From the IMG/VR virus record IMGVR_UViG_3300045988_103846: a stretch of 64,000 nt of DNA. One strand, written 5' to 3'. The notes under the pieces are model-generated. The model saw only the letters and a program-made list of their open reading frames with translations. It searched no databases and was not told where the DNA came from. Origin of the DNA: a virus. Positions 1 to 9,362 of this stretch are shown here, in pieces (the first letter of the stretch is position 1; the number at the start of each line of letters is the position of its first letter). Made by a program: the position numbers and the translations under genes.

Positions 1-570
1 TTCTTTTGCTTTTGCGCTTGCTATCCTGTACCATTGCTTGATGGATTTGAGATTAGCTTCCGGGAATTTCTTGGTTACTCTTTTGACTACCCTTTCTAGT
101 GAGAAGCCTCTTTTGGCAAGCTCAAAGGTATAAGATTTTTTGGTTCCCTTCCAGAGTCCACTCTCATCTTTCTCTCTTTTGGGTTTCTTTGGTTTGGGTA
201 ACCCCCTTACTCTTCCGAGCCTTTTAACCTTAGTCTCTTCATCTTCTTCCCGAACATATCCCAAGCGAAGCTGATAAGATCGCATCGGGTCATCTTTGGC
301 ATAACCCCTCTCTTCGAGTTGTCTATCCATCCATTCATCATATTTATCGATGAGGGTATAATCTGGTTTGTTCGGAGAATTCCTTATAAAGGACTCTAGC
401 CTAAAGTAGTCTGAAGATACTACATCTGGGAAAGGCATTCCCAAGATGATAGCTCTTCTCTGAAGATCCTTGAAGGACATGTTCTTTAGTCCCCCCATTG
501 AGGCAATCAGGGAGATTTTCTCGGGATCTCCCTTGATTCGGTGTTGTTTTTTTGTCTTTCCTGTTCCCAT
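1..570 (-). CDS. hypothetical protein, partial (C-terminal part lies beyond the left edge)
   Basis: The minus-strand frame is open from the ATG at 568-570 (MGTGKTKKQHRIKGDPEK...) to position 1. It is absent from the ORF track because it has no stop in the window. K/E/R-rich, no motif recognised. Preceded by a TATATTTG promoter box. Confidence 0.5.
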   Translation of the reverse strand, partial: MGTGKTKKQHRIKGDPEKISLIASMGGLKNMSFKDLQRRAIILGMPFPDVVSSDYFRLESFIRNSPNKPDYTLIDKYDEWMDRQLEERGYAKDDPMRSYQLRLGYVREEDEETKVKRLGRVRGLPKPKKPKREKDESGLWKGTKKSYTFELAKRGFSLERVVKRVTKKFPEANLKSIKQWYRIASAKAKE

Positions 571-594
571 ATAAATTGCATTTATTTTAATTGC

Positions 595-613
595 ACATTG
601 CAAATATAATAAT
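595..613 (-). promoter_or_regulatory. Bacteroidota-type promoter element (-7 box TAnnTTTG) for the gene at 1-570
   Basis: The minus strand reads ATTATTATATTTGCAATGT, 18/19 identical to the 19-mer at 23976-23994 (+). It contains TATATTTG, and the G of the box is 30 nt before the ATG. Confidence 0.55.
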
Positions 614-1584
614 TATTTTTCAATAGTTGAAGAGGCTGCTTCTAGAGCTTTTTTCTTAGCCCTCTTGCCATCATTCATGAGTTTGTGTTGTGGAATTCTG
701 CAGAGCTTGAAAGCATTGTCTAGATCTCCAGTTACAAAATCTCGATTGTTTATAGCATCATAGTTTATGGCTTCTTTCACAATATCGTTAAAGTGATTCC
801 AGAACTTTATGCCTGCTTGTACATTTCCTATATAGAAGAAGTTAGATACCTGAAGGCCAAAGTCTTCGGCATTAACTCTAGTATTGAACACATAAATCTT
901 TGAATTACTCATCAACTTAGTGACATTTTCCTCTTTGCTTATGGGAACTACCTGGTAGCCAAACTTGAACTTCTCTGAAACTAGGGCAATAAAGTTTACT
1001 GGACCAGACTTTTTCCAGAAAGTGTCAATCAGATATTGTATCTTGAAATAGGGTATTCTGTGAAGATATTTCATATAGGCTTTGTACTTACGATTAGATT
1101 TCCTTCTGTACGGAGTGGGTGCTTGAAGAGCCCTTGGCAACACACGAAAAGAGTTCCACCTATCGAACTCCATGATCAGTTTATATAGATCTTGATCCCA
1201 TTCATTCTTGGATTCTTTCAGCCTCTCCATATTTCTCTTGGTCTTGTCAAAGTTGTAGCTCTGAATATGCCACAGAGACTCACCTGCATAAGTAGCAGCC
1301 TCTTCTTTCGGAAGCCTTTTGTATATTAGACCATATAGGTAATCTCTAAACCCCTCTGTTATTGGAGCCCCAGGTCTTACTAAATCGGGGTGTTTATAGA
1401 AGTAATCTGAGAACATCTTGAAGAACTTCTCAGCTCTAGCTTTCAGTTCCAGATATTTGTAATGTGACATGTTAAGAATATCCCCCACTTTTCTGGTACT
1501 TAGACCCTGAGAGATATTTAGGAATAAACTGTCTTGTTCTTCTTTGGTAAGACATGACCAGGCTTTATCTTGATAAGGCTGCAT
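613..1584 (-). CDS. putative transcription regulator with sigma-70 region-4-like / LuxR-like HTH at the N-terminus
   Basis: 323-aa ORF with ATG start. LTKEEQDSLFLNISQGLSTRKVGDILNMSHYKYLELKARAEKFF resembles a region-4 HTH. The rest is unrecognised. Confidence 0.45.
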   Translation of the reverse strand: MQPYQDKAWSCLTKEEQDSLFLNISQGLSTRKVGDILNMSHYKYLELKARAEKFFKMFSDYFYKHPDLVRPGAPITEGFRDYLYGLIYKRLPKEEAATYAGESLWHIQSYNFDKTKRNMERLKESKNEWDQDLYKLIMEFDRWNSFRVLPRALQAPTPYRRKSNRKYKAYMKYLHRIPYFKIQYLIDTFWKKSGPVNFIALVSEKFKFGYQVVPISKEENVTKLMSNSKIYVFNTRVNAEDFGLQVSNFFYIGNVQAGIKFWNHFNDIVKEAINYDAINNRDFVTGDLDNAFKLCRIPQHKLMNDGKRAKKKALEAASSTIEK

Positions 1585-1588
1585 ATAA

Positions 1589-2278
1589 TTACTGTTGTTC
1601 GGGTGTATTAGAAAGATCCTGGAACTCTATCTTAGAAGCCAACAGATCTTCCTGATAATGCTCATAAGGGCTGTATAGAATATTCTCTAGAGGAATCTGC
1701 ATAGATAATACTGAGCCTTCTCCAGGATATATCTCTACAATAGCCGTCTTGTTTGGGTAGTTGAAATCCAGGACCTTTGCAGGCATACCGTCTAGAGGAT
1801 AGCCTCTCATTACCACAAAGTCACCCACATTCACCATCACCTCATCTAAGCTAAAGACTTGATTAGCCCTGCTGAGTCTCATGTAATGTCTAAACTCTTT
1901 CTTAGTGACTGTAGCTACCTTTGAAAAATCATCCCAGTCCTCTGCATTGTCCACTCTTCTTCTCTTTTTCTTAACGTGCATACTATCGAGGGACTTGAGA
2001 AAACTAACTATGCCGGGAATCTCTCTTTTCAAATGAAAGAGGAAATTACGGTTGTAAGCTACCTCTGACCTCATTCTAATAAAGCCATAGTTAAAGAGCA
2101 TAGGGACTTCTTCTACCTCTTTTTTTTGACCCCTGTAAGTCTTCTTCACCATAGTTAGAGTGGGTACAAAGCATTTTATATCCTTGTACCCATGTTCAAC
2201 TAGCTCATGGTTGATATTTCTCCAATCTTTAGTATCTATGCGACATATAGTGTATACGTAAGGGGTCTTCTTTTTCAT
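1589..2278 (-). CDS. NusG/RfaH-like transcription elongation/antitermination factor (NGN + KOW)
   Basis: NGN-like segment YVYTICRIDTKDW...IKCFVPT...VPMLFNYGFIRM. KOW-like segment VGDFVVMRGYPLDGMPAKVLDFNYPNKTAIVEI. The ATG at 2276-2278 overlaps the upstream TGA (TGATG); the track start at 2281 is a GTG. Confidence 0.65.
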   Translation of the reverse strand: MKKKTPYVYTICRIDTKDWRNINHELVEHGYKDIKCFVPTLTMVKKTYRGQKKEVEEVPMLFNYGFIRMRSEVAYNRNFLFHLKREIPGIVSFLKSLDSMHVKKKRRRVDNAEDWDDFSKVATVTKKEFRHYMRLSRANQVFSLDEVMVNVGDFVVMRGYPLDGMPAKVLDFNYPNKTAIVEIYPGEGSVLSMQIPLENILYSPYEHYQEDLLASKIEFQDLSNTPEQQ

Positions 2279-2817
2279 CACAGTAGAGTCTTAGCGTTGA
2301 GGTGAAATTCCTTATAGGGAATGGACTTTAGATCTGATAACATTATGACGGCTAAAGAATCGCCTTTTGGAAAGTCTATCATCATGTGGGGCTTTTTAAA
2401 AGACTTAGTGTATTCATGTATACAGACTTCAAATACTTTCCAATGAATCATAACAAAAGCTTCCCCTTTGGGCATCCCATTATACTTCATGATGAGAATA
2501 GGGAGTTTCTTAGCCCTATTAGCATCTTCTGAAGCCTGCTTCCAGAACCTCAGAATCTTGCAGGTCTTCTTCTGCAAAAGTATATGCTCAAAGTTGAGAT
2601 CTTTATAAGATTTACACTCTACTGAGAAACAAAACCTCCTGGAATGTCTTGTGTCAGTACAAGCTACATCAGAAGTTATGTTCTCGGCATTCTTCCATCT
2701 AAGTCCACCCGATGCTGGCACTCTATTAAACTCATATCCCGTCCATTGGGTGAACCATTTACAGATAGATCTCTCAAATCTACCTCCCTTTTGTTTACTA
2801 TTTACTCTATTAGACAT
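2278..2817 (-). CDS. PD-(D/E)xK nuclease, Holliday-junction-resolvase-like
   Basis: N-terminal KGGRFERSICKWF, then D...ECK (TSDVAC...SVECKSY), i.e. the D/E-x-K arrangement typical of Hjc-like phage resolvases. Confidence 0.55.
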   Translation of the reverse strand: MSNRVNSKQKGGRFERSICKWFTQWTGYEFNRVPASGGLRWKNAENITSDVACTDTRHSRRFCFSVECKSYKDLNFEHILLQKKTCKILRFWKQASEDANRAKKLPILIMKYNGMPKGEAFVMIHWKVFEVCIHEYTKSFKKPHMMIDFPKGDSLAVIMLSDLKSIPYKEFHLNAKTLL

Positions 2818-2847
2818 GGTCTTGTGTTTTAAGGTTATAGTGATTAC

Positions 2848-4560
2848 CTAAAACTCATACCTTGAAATGCCCTTTATTCTCTTCACCCTGAGAACCCTTG
2901 AGTTAGGAATAGGGAGGCTATCCTGATGGGTGATAAGAAACAGTGTCTTGTCTTTGTATACCTTTCTAATAAGACCAACTACCACTTCTATGTTGTCCGA
3001 ACTGAGAGATTCAAATACTTCATCTAAGAAAGCTATATTCACCCCTTGTGCTTGGCCTATCAGGGTATTCATAGAGAAAGCCATAGCTAAGTTCACCAAT
3101 TGTTTCTGACCCCCAGATAGGTCTTCATATTCTACAGTTTGCCCCTCCATACTTATGAGAGTCTTAAAATCTTTTCTAGCTGAAGAGAGATCCACTTCAA
3201 ACTGAATAGCGAATCCAAGGACATCAGAGTAAGTAGCCAATATATCATTCAGATCTTGCAAAGAAGATTCAAACAGATAGGATTTGATACCCATATTGCC
3301 GAACGGATCCGTGTAAGCCCACTTATACAGATCGGAGTTTTCTTTGAATAGGTCTAGCTTCTCCTTCTGTTCTTTTAGCTCTTCCCTTACATTATCAATC
3401 TTTTTCTGATTGTCTTGGTAAATAGACTCAAAATCAGGCCTCTCTTGCTTCTTATCCTTAATCCTCTGTGTAAGGTTATCAATCTGGGACTCTACTTTAG
3501 CTGTAGTAGTACCCCATCTCTCTATATTGAGTATCTGGGCGTTTAAGTCTGAGACCTTATCTTGGAGTGAGGATATTATCCCTTTACATTCTTCCTGAGT
3601 CTGGAATGCTTCCTGGAGGGTTAATAATTGCTTCAAAGAGGCATCATATTTCTTTGCTCTGAGTAACTTTATTATTTCTTTAATTAAAGTCTCTAGAGAG
3701 ATGCCTGTGGCATTTCTAGCGGCATTTAATTTCTCTCGGGCATCCCTTGTTTTCTTATGCAGAGAATTAATCTCAGCTTGCATACCCTGAGCATCACCAT
3801 CTGGCTTGTTTTCAAGCCACTTCTTCAGTTTAGCTTTTAAGTCTTTCCTCTCAGCTTTAAGAGACTCAATCTGAGATTCTACCTTAGACTCATAATTCTT
3901 TCGGTTGTCTATTACCAGCTCTTGACTCTCAAGCAGATGATCTAAACTTCTTTGATTCAGGGTCACTGTATTCTGTATCTGATGATACTGCTCATTAGCT
4001 TTAGCATACCTGTCCTGGGCAATCTTCTTGGCCTTGGTGAGATAACCTAACTCGAACACTTCTTCAAACAATTCTCTTTGGTTAGTACCTGTCTCTTGAA
4101 CTAGCCTCTTCAAGCCCTGACCAAACATAACAGCATTCATGAACAAGTTGTATGACATACCTATATTCTGATTTATGATCTCCTGTATGCCCCTCTTTCT
4201 CTTGTCTTCTATGAGATTGCCATCTATTTGATAGAGAACTTGTGAATTGCCCTTAGCACCCAGAACTTCACCCTTGTACTTCAGGCACCTTATTATTCGG
4301 TGTATCTGACCATTAGCATTGAAGTAAATCTCCACCTTAGTACCCTGGTAAGCTTTGGTTCGATATTTCTCCCAGGTGTTTACATCAGAGTTGCCCTTGA
4401 TGTTCTTACCATATAGAGCCCATACTAGAGCAGAGAATATAGTAGACTTGCCAAACCCGTTAGCAGCTCTTATAACGGTTATACCGGGGATATTAAGAGG
4501 AAGATCTAGCTCCCCTATGCTACAGAACCCCTCTACAATCAGTTTTGTAAACTCAATCAT
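2848..4560 (-). CDS. SbcC/Rad50-like ATPase (T4 gp46-like recombination nuclease subunit)
   Basis: Walker A GFGKSTIFSALVWALYGK, a long central coiled coil, ABC signature LSGGQKQL, Walker B AFLDEVFESL. Overlaps the Mre11-like gene. Confidence 0.8.
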   Translation of the reverse strand: MIEFTKLIVEGFCSIGELDLPLNIPGITVIRAANGFGKSTIFSALVWALYGKNIKGNSDVNTWEKYRTKAYQGTKVEIYFNANGQIHRIIRCLKYKGEVLGAKGNSQVLYQIDGNLIEDKRKRGIQEIINQNIGMSYNLFMNAVMFGQGLKRLVQETGTNQRELFEEVFELGYLTKAKKIAQDRYAKANEQYHQIQNTVTLNQRSLDHLLESQELVIDNRKNYESKVESQIESLKAERKDLKAKLKKWLENKPDGDAQGMQAEINSLHKKTRDAREKLNAARNATGISLETLIKEIIKLLRAKKYDASLKQLLTLQEAFQTQEECKGIISSLQDKVSDLNAQILNIERWGTTTAKVESQIDNLTQRIKDKKQERPDFESIYQDNQKKIDNVREELKEQKEKLDLFKENSDLYKWAYTDPFGNMGIKSYLFESSLQDLNDILATYSDVLGFAIQFEVDLSSARKDFKTLISMEGQTVEYEDLSGGQKQLVNLAMAFSMNTLIGQAQGVNIAFLDEVFESLSSDNIEVVVGLIRKVYKDKTLFLITHQDSLPIPNSRVLRVKRIKGISRYEF

Positions 4561-5527
4561 TTTCGCTTTCTTTTATTATGTCTAATAATATGCTCTTCTT
4601 CTTTGGGTCTGCAATACCCTGGTCTTTGAGATACCTTCTGACAATTCTCTTTTTTGAGAGTGATCTTCTGAGAGTGTTCTCTACCTTAGCTTCACTCTGG
4701 GCAACCTTATTGGATATGACCGTATAGTAGTTGCCGTCTTGCTTAATCTGGTCTTCTGAAGTGACATCGATGAACTTAGGGAAAGTGTCAAAAGGGTGGA
4801 ACTTCAAAGTCAGATCCTCATATATGAGCCAGTAACCCAGATCACAGTTCTTGTCAGTCCTTCTCTGCTGCATTGGAGCACCTACCATATATACTTTCTT
4901 GCCCAGTCTCTGGGGTTTATGTATATGGCCTATGAGAGTGAGATCAAATCTATTGAGAAGATTTGTGTTAAGGTTCTCTGAAGTACCCACTTCTGACCCG
5001 TCAGTATCTTTTGCTCCTGGGTAATCTGTATGAAGCAAGAGTATATTCTTCTTGGTAGAACTGAGTTTCAGACCCTGTATGTAGTCATTCAGACCTATAT
5101 TGTGATCTATATGGGGAACCCCGTACACTGCAATATCTTTATTCTCTTTAGACTTGAAATCAAGGTCTTTGATAAAATTATACTGTTTAGACATAACCTC
5201 TACCCAGCTTGGGGGTATAGGTTTTCCCACTTGGACCATCTTAGATATATCATGGTTTCCAGAGATACACCACATATCCCAGGAAGTAATATCTAGTTGT
5301 CCAAAATGTTCCACCACATCTCTGGCAAGACCCAGAGACATGTTCTCTGGCTTATGGAATAAATCCCCACAGAACAAGGCAGGACACCCATACTTCAAGC
5401 ATACCTTCTTAATCAAATAGAGGGCACTGAAATGACTCAGTGTCCTCTGATTGTTCTCGTTGAACTTAGCCCAGTCATTGATATGCAGATCAGAGAAGGC
5501 TAAAGCTATGACTCTTTTCGCTACCAT
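4553..5527 (-). CDS. SbcD/Mre11-like nuclease (T4 gp47-like)
   Basis: Calcineurin-like phosphoesterase motifs in order: FSDLHIND, GDLFH, GNHD, LLLHTD, GHIH. Confidence 0.8.
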   Translation of the reverse strand: MVAKRVIALAFSDLHINDWAKFNENNQRTLSHFSALYLIKKVCLKYGCPALFCGDLFHKPENMSLGLARDVVEHFGQLDITSWDMWCISGNHDISKMVQVGKPIPPSWVEVMSKQYNFIKDLDFKSKENKDIAVYGVPHIDHNIGLNDYIQGLKLSSTKKNILLLHTDYPGAKDTDGSEVGTSENLNTNLLNRFDLTLIGHIHKPQRLGKKVYMVGAPMQQRRTDKNCDLGYWLIYEDLTLKFHPFDTFPKFIDVTSEDQIKQDGNYYTVISNKVAQSEAKVENTLRRSLSKKRIVRRYLKDQGIADPKKKSILLDIIKESEND

Positions 5528-6183
5528 TGCAAGAACTCATTGATTAACCTCATACGCTTCTCATGATCCTGGGTCTCTAGTACTAATATCTGGGTATACT
5601 CTTTTTCTCCTCCAGGGAGAAAAGCTTCCATTGACCATACAGGAGCTTGATCATTACCGATGGTTATTACATCATATAGTTCACACCCCCAGTGACTTAA
5701 CAACCACCCCATCAGGAGAGATACTTCTGTCTGATAGAACTTATTGGATATCCTCTTCCCATTTTGCTCGATCTCCCAATGGTAGAAATATTCTTCAGTG
5801 AAAGGGAGAAATACTGTCTTGGGACATAGAGAAACAGTGAGAATTCGACATTTCTCAATAAAATCTTCTATATCACATTGGGGAAGTCTGTGGGAGAGCT
5901 TCTGTATCATGTAAGCAGCAGAATCTAAGAAAGACCTGTCGCATATAAACTCGGGAGTATTGCGAAACAGCTTTCTCCTGAGAGCCATCAGCTTAGTATC
6001 TTGAGCATAGATAGTCTGAGCATCCTCCATTATCATGGAATTATGTGACATACCTTTAGTAGAGGGGATTAGATCAGAATAACTGCCTGACACAAACGGT
6101 ACATTCCACTGTTCAGACAAAGCTTTTGCTAAGGTAGTTTTCCCTATCCCTGAGCAGCCTGCAAAATTAAGTCTTCTTTCCAT
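5521..6183 (-). CDS. P-loop deoxynucleoside/deoxynucleotide kinase-like protein
   Basis: Walker A GCSGIGKTTLAKAL and a dNK-family (D/E)RS motif FICDRSFLDSAAYM. Confidence 0.55.
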   Translation of the reverse strand: MERRLNFAGCSGIGKTTLAKALSEQWNVPFVSGSYSDLIPSTKGMSHNSMIMEDAQTIYAQDTKLMALRRKLFRNTPEFICDRSFLDSAAYMIQKLSHRLPQCDIEDFIEKCRILTVSLCPKTVFLPFTEEYFYHWEIEQNGKRISNKFYQTEVSLLMGWLLSHWGCELYDVITIGNDQAPVWSMEAFLPGGEKEYTQILVLETQDHEKRMRLINEFLQW

Positions 6184-7079
6184 TGCTTCAGTGTTTTGAA
6201 TGGAGTTATAAATTCTGGTTTAGTGAAAGAGGTAAATCCATACTTCTTATAGACTTCCCCCAGTTTCTTAATAGACAAGGTGTCCTTTTTGTGGTAGATG
6301 ATCGGGACCCTCTTCAATGGGTGTTTAGCCAAAGCTACATCTATATCAATGAGCTCAGTATTACGAGCATATAGATCGGTTAAACCATCTCTGTCTATAC
6401 CAGGAAACTCAGCTTCGGGATCATCCAAAAAAGCTTGAATAGAGCCAAACTGATCCAGGAACTTCCTGGCTTTTACTTCCCCTATGCCTCTGTACCCTGG
6501 AATGTCATCGGATTTATCCCCCAATAGACAAAGGTAGTCAACGCATTCTGCAGGACTGTAGCCCATAATCTCTCTACAATTAGCTTTGTTCACTAACTGA
6601 TTCTTAAATGGGTTGAACACCTTTATATCGCTGTCTATAAGCTGACAGAAATCTTTGTCTGAAGAGAGAATGATAACTTTTCCTTTACAGTCACGATGGA
6701 ACTTAGCTAGCCATCCTATGTAGTCATCTGACTCATGTCCAAGTCCTTTAGAATCCCATATCACTGGAATGTTAAGGTACTTGAGAGCCCTCTTAACTAC
6801 TCTAGACTGTGCATTAAAGTCCTCGTAATCCATACGAATATTGTCCTTACGATGAACTTTATATGACCCTAAGAGATCTTTTCTGAAGTTAGACTCCTTG
6901 CTCTCTTTTGTGTCGAAAGTAACCACTACATAAGTGGGTCTGAATCTTGCAATATAAGACTGGAGGATCCTCAGAAAACCATAGATCAAATTCACCGGTC
7001 TCTTCTGGGAATCCTTCAAACCCTCAAACTTATTATAAGCTCGATGGGCCAAGTTTGACCCATCGACTATCATAAGCAT
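6144..7079 (-). CDS. 5'-3' exonuclease / flap endonuclease (T4 RNase H / FEN family)
   Basis: PIN-like N-terminus MIVDGSNLAHRAYNKF. H3TH motif LLGDKSDDIPGYRGIGEVKARKFL. Start moved to the ATG at 7079 (MLMIVDG), just after the RecA-like stop at 7084. Confidence 0.8.
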   Translation of the reverse strand: MLMIVDGSNLAHRAYNKFEGLKDSQKRPVNLIYGFLRILQSYIARFRPTYVVVTFDTKESKESNFRKDLLGSYKVHRKDNIRMDYEDFNAQSRVVKRALKYLNIPVIWDSKGLGHESDDYIGWLAKFHRDCKGKVIILSSDKDFCQLIDSDIKVFNPFKNQLVNKANCREIMGYSPAECVDYLCLLGDKSDDIPGYRGIGEVKARKFLDQFGSIQAFLDDPEAEFPGIDRDGLTDLYARNTELIDIDVALAKHPLKRVPIIYHKKDTLSIKKLGEVYKKYGFTSFTKPEFITPFKTLKQWKEDLILQAAQG

Positions 7080-7083
7080 CTTG

Positions 7084-8229
7084 TTAATCGCCCTCGCCAT
7101 ATTCCTCATCTCCATTATAAGATTCGTAAGATACTCCATCTACTGGGAAATAGTTCTCTTTAAGCTCAGCCATCTGCTTCCTGGTAGAACCTATAGTATT
7201 AATGCCTGCAGCTTTCATGAGTTTCTTTCTCAGCTTGGAGTCTTCCTCAAGAAGTTGCCTAAACTTCTCTTCTCCACGGCATAGAGTCTTACCATTGAAT
7301 GAATAAGTTCCTCCCCCGTTCTTGGTTATAATCTCTTCTTCTAAGAAAGTGTCTTCTAGACCGAAATACCTGTCAAAGCCGACCTCATGATACTTCGGGT
7401 TGAAGTATACACTACACTGCTTGATTGAAGGCTTGGGTGGAGCAACTTTGTTCTTTAGAACTCGAATAGTAACCACCTTTCCAGCTCTTCTCTCTTTCCC
7501 TTTGACTTTCAAAGTTATAGTTTTGCCTGCATAAAAAGCTAACCTTATAGAAGCCCAGAACTTGAGAGCTGCCCCTCCAGTGGTTGTAGAATTATCTTTT
7601 CCGAACCCCACATTGAGAGCTGTTCTCAGCTGATTGATATAGATCTGGGTTATTCCCAGTGAAGCAAAGAGCTCATTCCTTATTCGGAAATACTTATACA
7701 AAGCTTTAGCTCTACCACCCATCTCTGCTTTACCATCGGTCATCTTAGCATCAATGTTGTCTGCACAGTCCATAGCAGCAATGGAATCTACTACCAATAG
7801 AATCGGCTCATTGTTGGTCAATTGAGAACGATAATACAGAGCCAAATCAGCAACAATATCTGATACTACCTCTATTCTAGTGTCATTCACCACTGTCACT
7901 TTGTTTATATCAAGACCATTGGTCTCTGCCCAGGAATTCATCCAAGACTGCTCGGCATCAACCCAGATGACATGACCACCAAGCTGTTGACAAGCATAAG
8001 CAAAGTTGTAAGCAATCAGGCTCTTTCCTGAGGACTCTTCCCCAGCTATCTCGAGAATCTTCCCCCAAGGAATGCCTCCCCCGATAGTATCATTCAGAAA
8101 GTAGAATGTAGAGGGCAGCTTGAGAGGGAATTCCTTTGACTCAGAAGCAGTGACAATCATATTGCCGTACTTCTTGAGTATCTCATTCCTTGTGGGTACT
8201 TTAACTCCCACTTTCTTCGGTGTTCCCAT
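7084..8229 (-). CDS. RecA/UvsX-family recombinase
   Basis: GGGIPWGKILEIAGEESSGKSLIA (Walker A), LLVVDSIAAM (Walker B), RecA-like core length. Confidence 0.8.
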   Translation of the reverse strand: MGTPKKVGVKVPTRNEILKKYGNMIVTASESKEFPLKLPSTFYFLNDTIGGGIPWGKILEIAGEESSGKSLIAYNFAYACQQLGGHVIWVDAEQSWMNSWAETNGLDINKVTVVNDTRIEVVSDIVADLALYYRSQLTNNEPILLVVDSIAAMDCADNIDAKMTDGKAEMGGRAKALYKYFRIRNELFASLGITQIYINQLRTALNVGFGKDNSTTTGGAALKFWASIRLAFYAGKTITLKVKGKERRAGKVVTIRVLKNKVAPPKPSIKQCSVYFNPKYHEVGFDRYFGLEDTFLEEEIITKNGGGTYSFNGKTLCRGEEKFRQLLEEDSKLRKKLMKAAGINTIGSTRKQMAELKENYFPVDGVSYESYNGDEEYGEGD

Positions 8230-8524
8230 CCGCAGTTGGTTTTTTATACATATTTACAATTGCTTGTGTAACGTAGCGATTAATACAATCCCTCAAAGAG
8301 GAAGAAAGTTTACTCTTCTTAGAAATTATTAATAGAAACTGCTCTATCAGTCCCTCGGGTGTATAAATTCCCATCTCTATGAGGGAATCTTCTGGGTTGC
8401 GTAGATATCTTTTACCAGCCGGGGCAGGACCTCTGTTGAGGTATTTGTCAATATAACCCTGAAGCTCGGGCATGAGCCTTGGATCATCAAGATACTGTTG
8501 AATGTTGAATGAATTTTGTGCCAT
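8201..8524 (-). CDS. hypothetical protein
   Basis: 107-aa ORF with ATG start, tightly packed (29-nt overlap with the next gene). No motif recognised. Confidence 0.6.
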   Translation of the reverse strand: MAQNSFNIQQYLDDPRLMPELQGYIDKYLNRGPAPAGKRYLRNPEDSLIEMGIYTPEGLIEQFLLIISKKSKLSSSLRDCINRYVTQAIVNMYKKPTADGNTEESGS

Positions 8525-8537
8525 AACTTTTTAGTTG

Positions 8538-8563
8538 AAAAAGGGGAGGTTGTAGGCCTCCCC
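8538..8563 (-). terminator. rho-independent terminator after the SSB-like gene
   Basis: The minus strand reads GGGGAGGCCTACAACCTCCCC followed by TTTTT. The stem is GGGGAGG/CCTCCCC plus two wobble pairs. Confidence 0.65.
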
Positions 8564-8592
8564 GTGAATAAAAACGTTAACGAAATGAAGCC

Positions 8593-9351
8593 CTAGATAT
8601 CGCTGTGGAACTTCTTTTTCTTCTTGAGCTTCTTCTTCTCCTTCGGCTTCTCTTCTTCCTCTTCATTCTCTCCCTCATTTGAGCCATACAGGAACTCTGA
8701 GAGTTTCTCCTCCAGCTCATCATAAGAAAGCATCTGAGCTCTAAGCTTCTCCTCTATGTCTACCGGCTTGGTATACTTAGGGTCTGGGTTCTTGCCCTTT
8801 GGACAAGCTGTCACTGAATAAGTGGTGTCCATCTTACCCTTGCCAGTTCGGGTAATCTTGATATCGTATCCATCATCTGGATCAGTCATATCACCCCAGT
8901 CATCCTCATCCAGGAAGAGGTCGATGATGTCTTGGTATACCGAGCTTGGGATGAGGATTAGCTTGCCCACCTTCTCTGGATCAACCTCTTTGCCCTTCTC
9001 GTCTTTGTAGACTGTGCCAGCTACGATGTACCTTCTTCTTGGTGAGAGAGTCTTTGCCAGTTCCTGATCATCTGGATCACTAGAACCCTTTAGCTCTTGG
9101 AACTTCTCCATGAACGGGCATGGCTCATTGAATGTAGCTGGTGAAAGAATACCCCCTGTCTTAGAGGAGTAAAATTGAATGATCTCAGCACCTATCTCTT
9201 TGTCTGGTCCCTGAGATACAAGTCTTACCCTCATTGTCCCCTCTTTAGGGAATAAGATACCGTTGCCTGAGCCCCTTTCCTGGAGCTTCTTCTTTCTTTC
9301 CATCATCCTCTCTCGAGTAGTCTTGATGGAGCTTTTCTTTTCTGTCTTCAT
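8593..9351 (-). CDS. ssDNA-binding protein, T4 gp32-like architecture
   Basis: Basic N-terminus, GTMRVRLVSQGPDKE, PCPFMEKF, RRRYIVAGTVYKDEKGKEV...GKLILIPSSVYQDI, acidic stretch EGENEEEEE. Sits between the recombinase and polymerase genes and is followed by a terminator. Confidence 0.55.
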   Translation of the reverse strand: MKTEKKSSIKTTRERMMERKKKLQERGSGNGILFPKEGTMRVRLVSQGPDKEIGAEIIQFYSSKTGGILSPATFNEPCPFMEKFQELKGSSDPDDQELAKTLSPRRRYIVAGTVYKDEKGKEVDPEKVGKLILIPSSVYQDIIDLFLDEDDWGDMTDPDDGYDIKITRTGKGKMDTTYSVTACPKGKNPDPKYTKPVDIEEKLRAQMLSYDELEEKLSEFLYGSNEGENEEEEEKPKEKKKLKKKKKFHSDI

Positions 9352-9362
9352 ATCGTATACGA

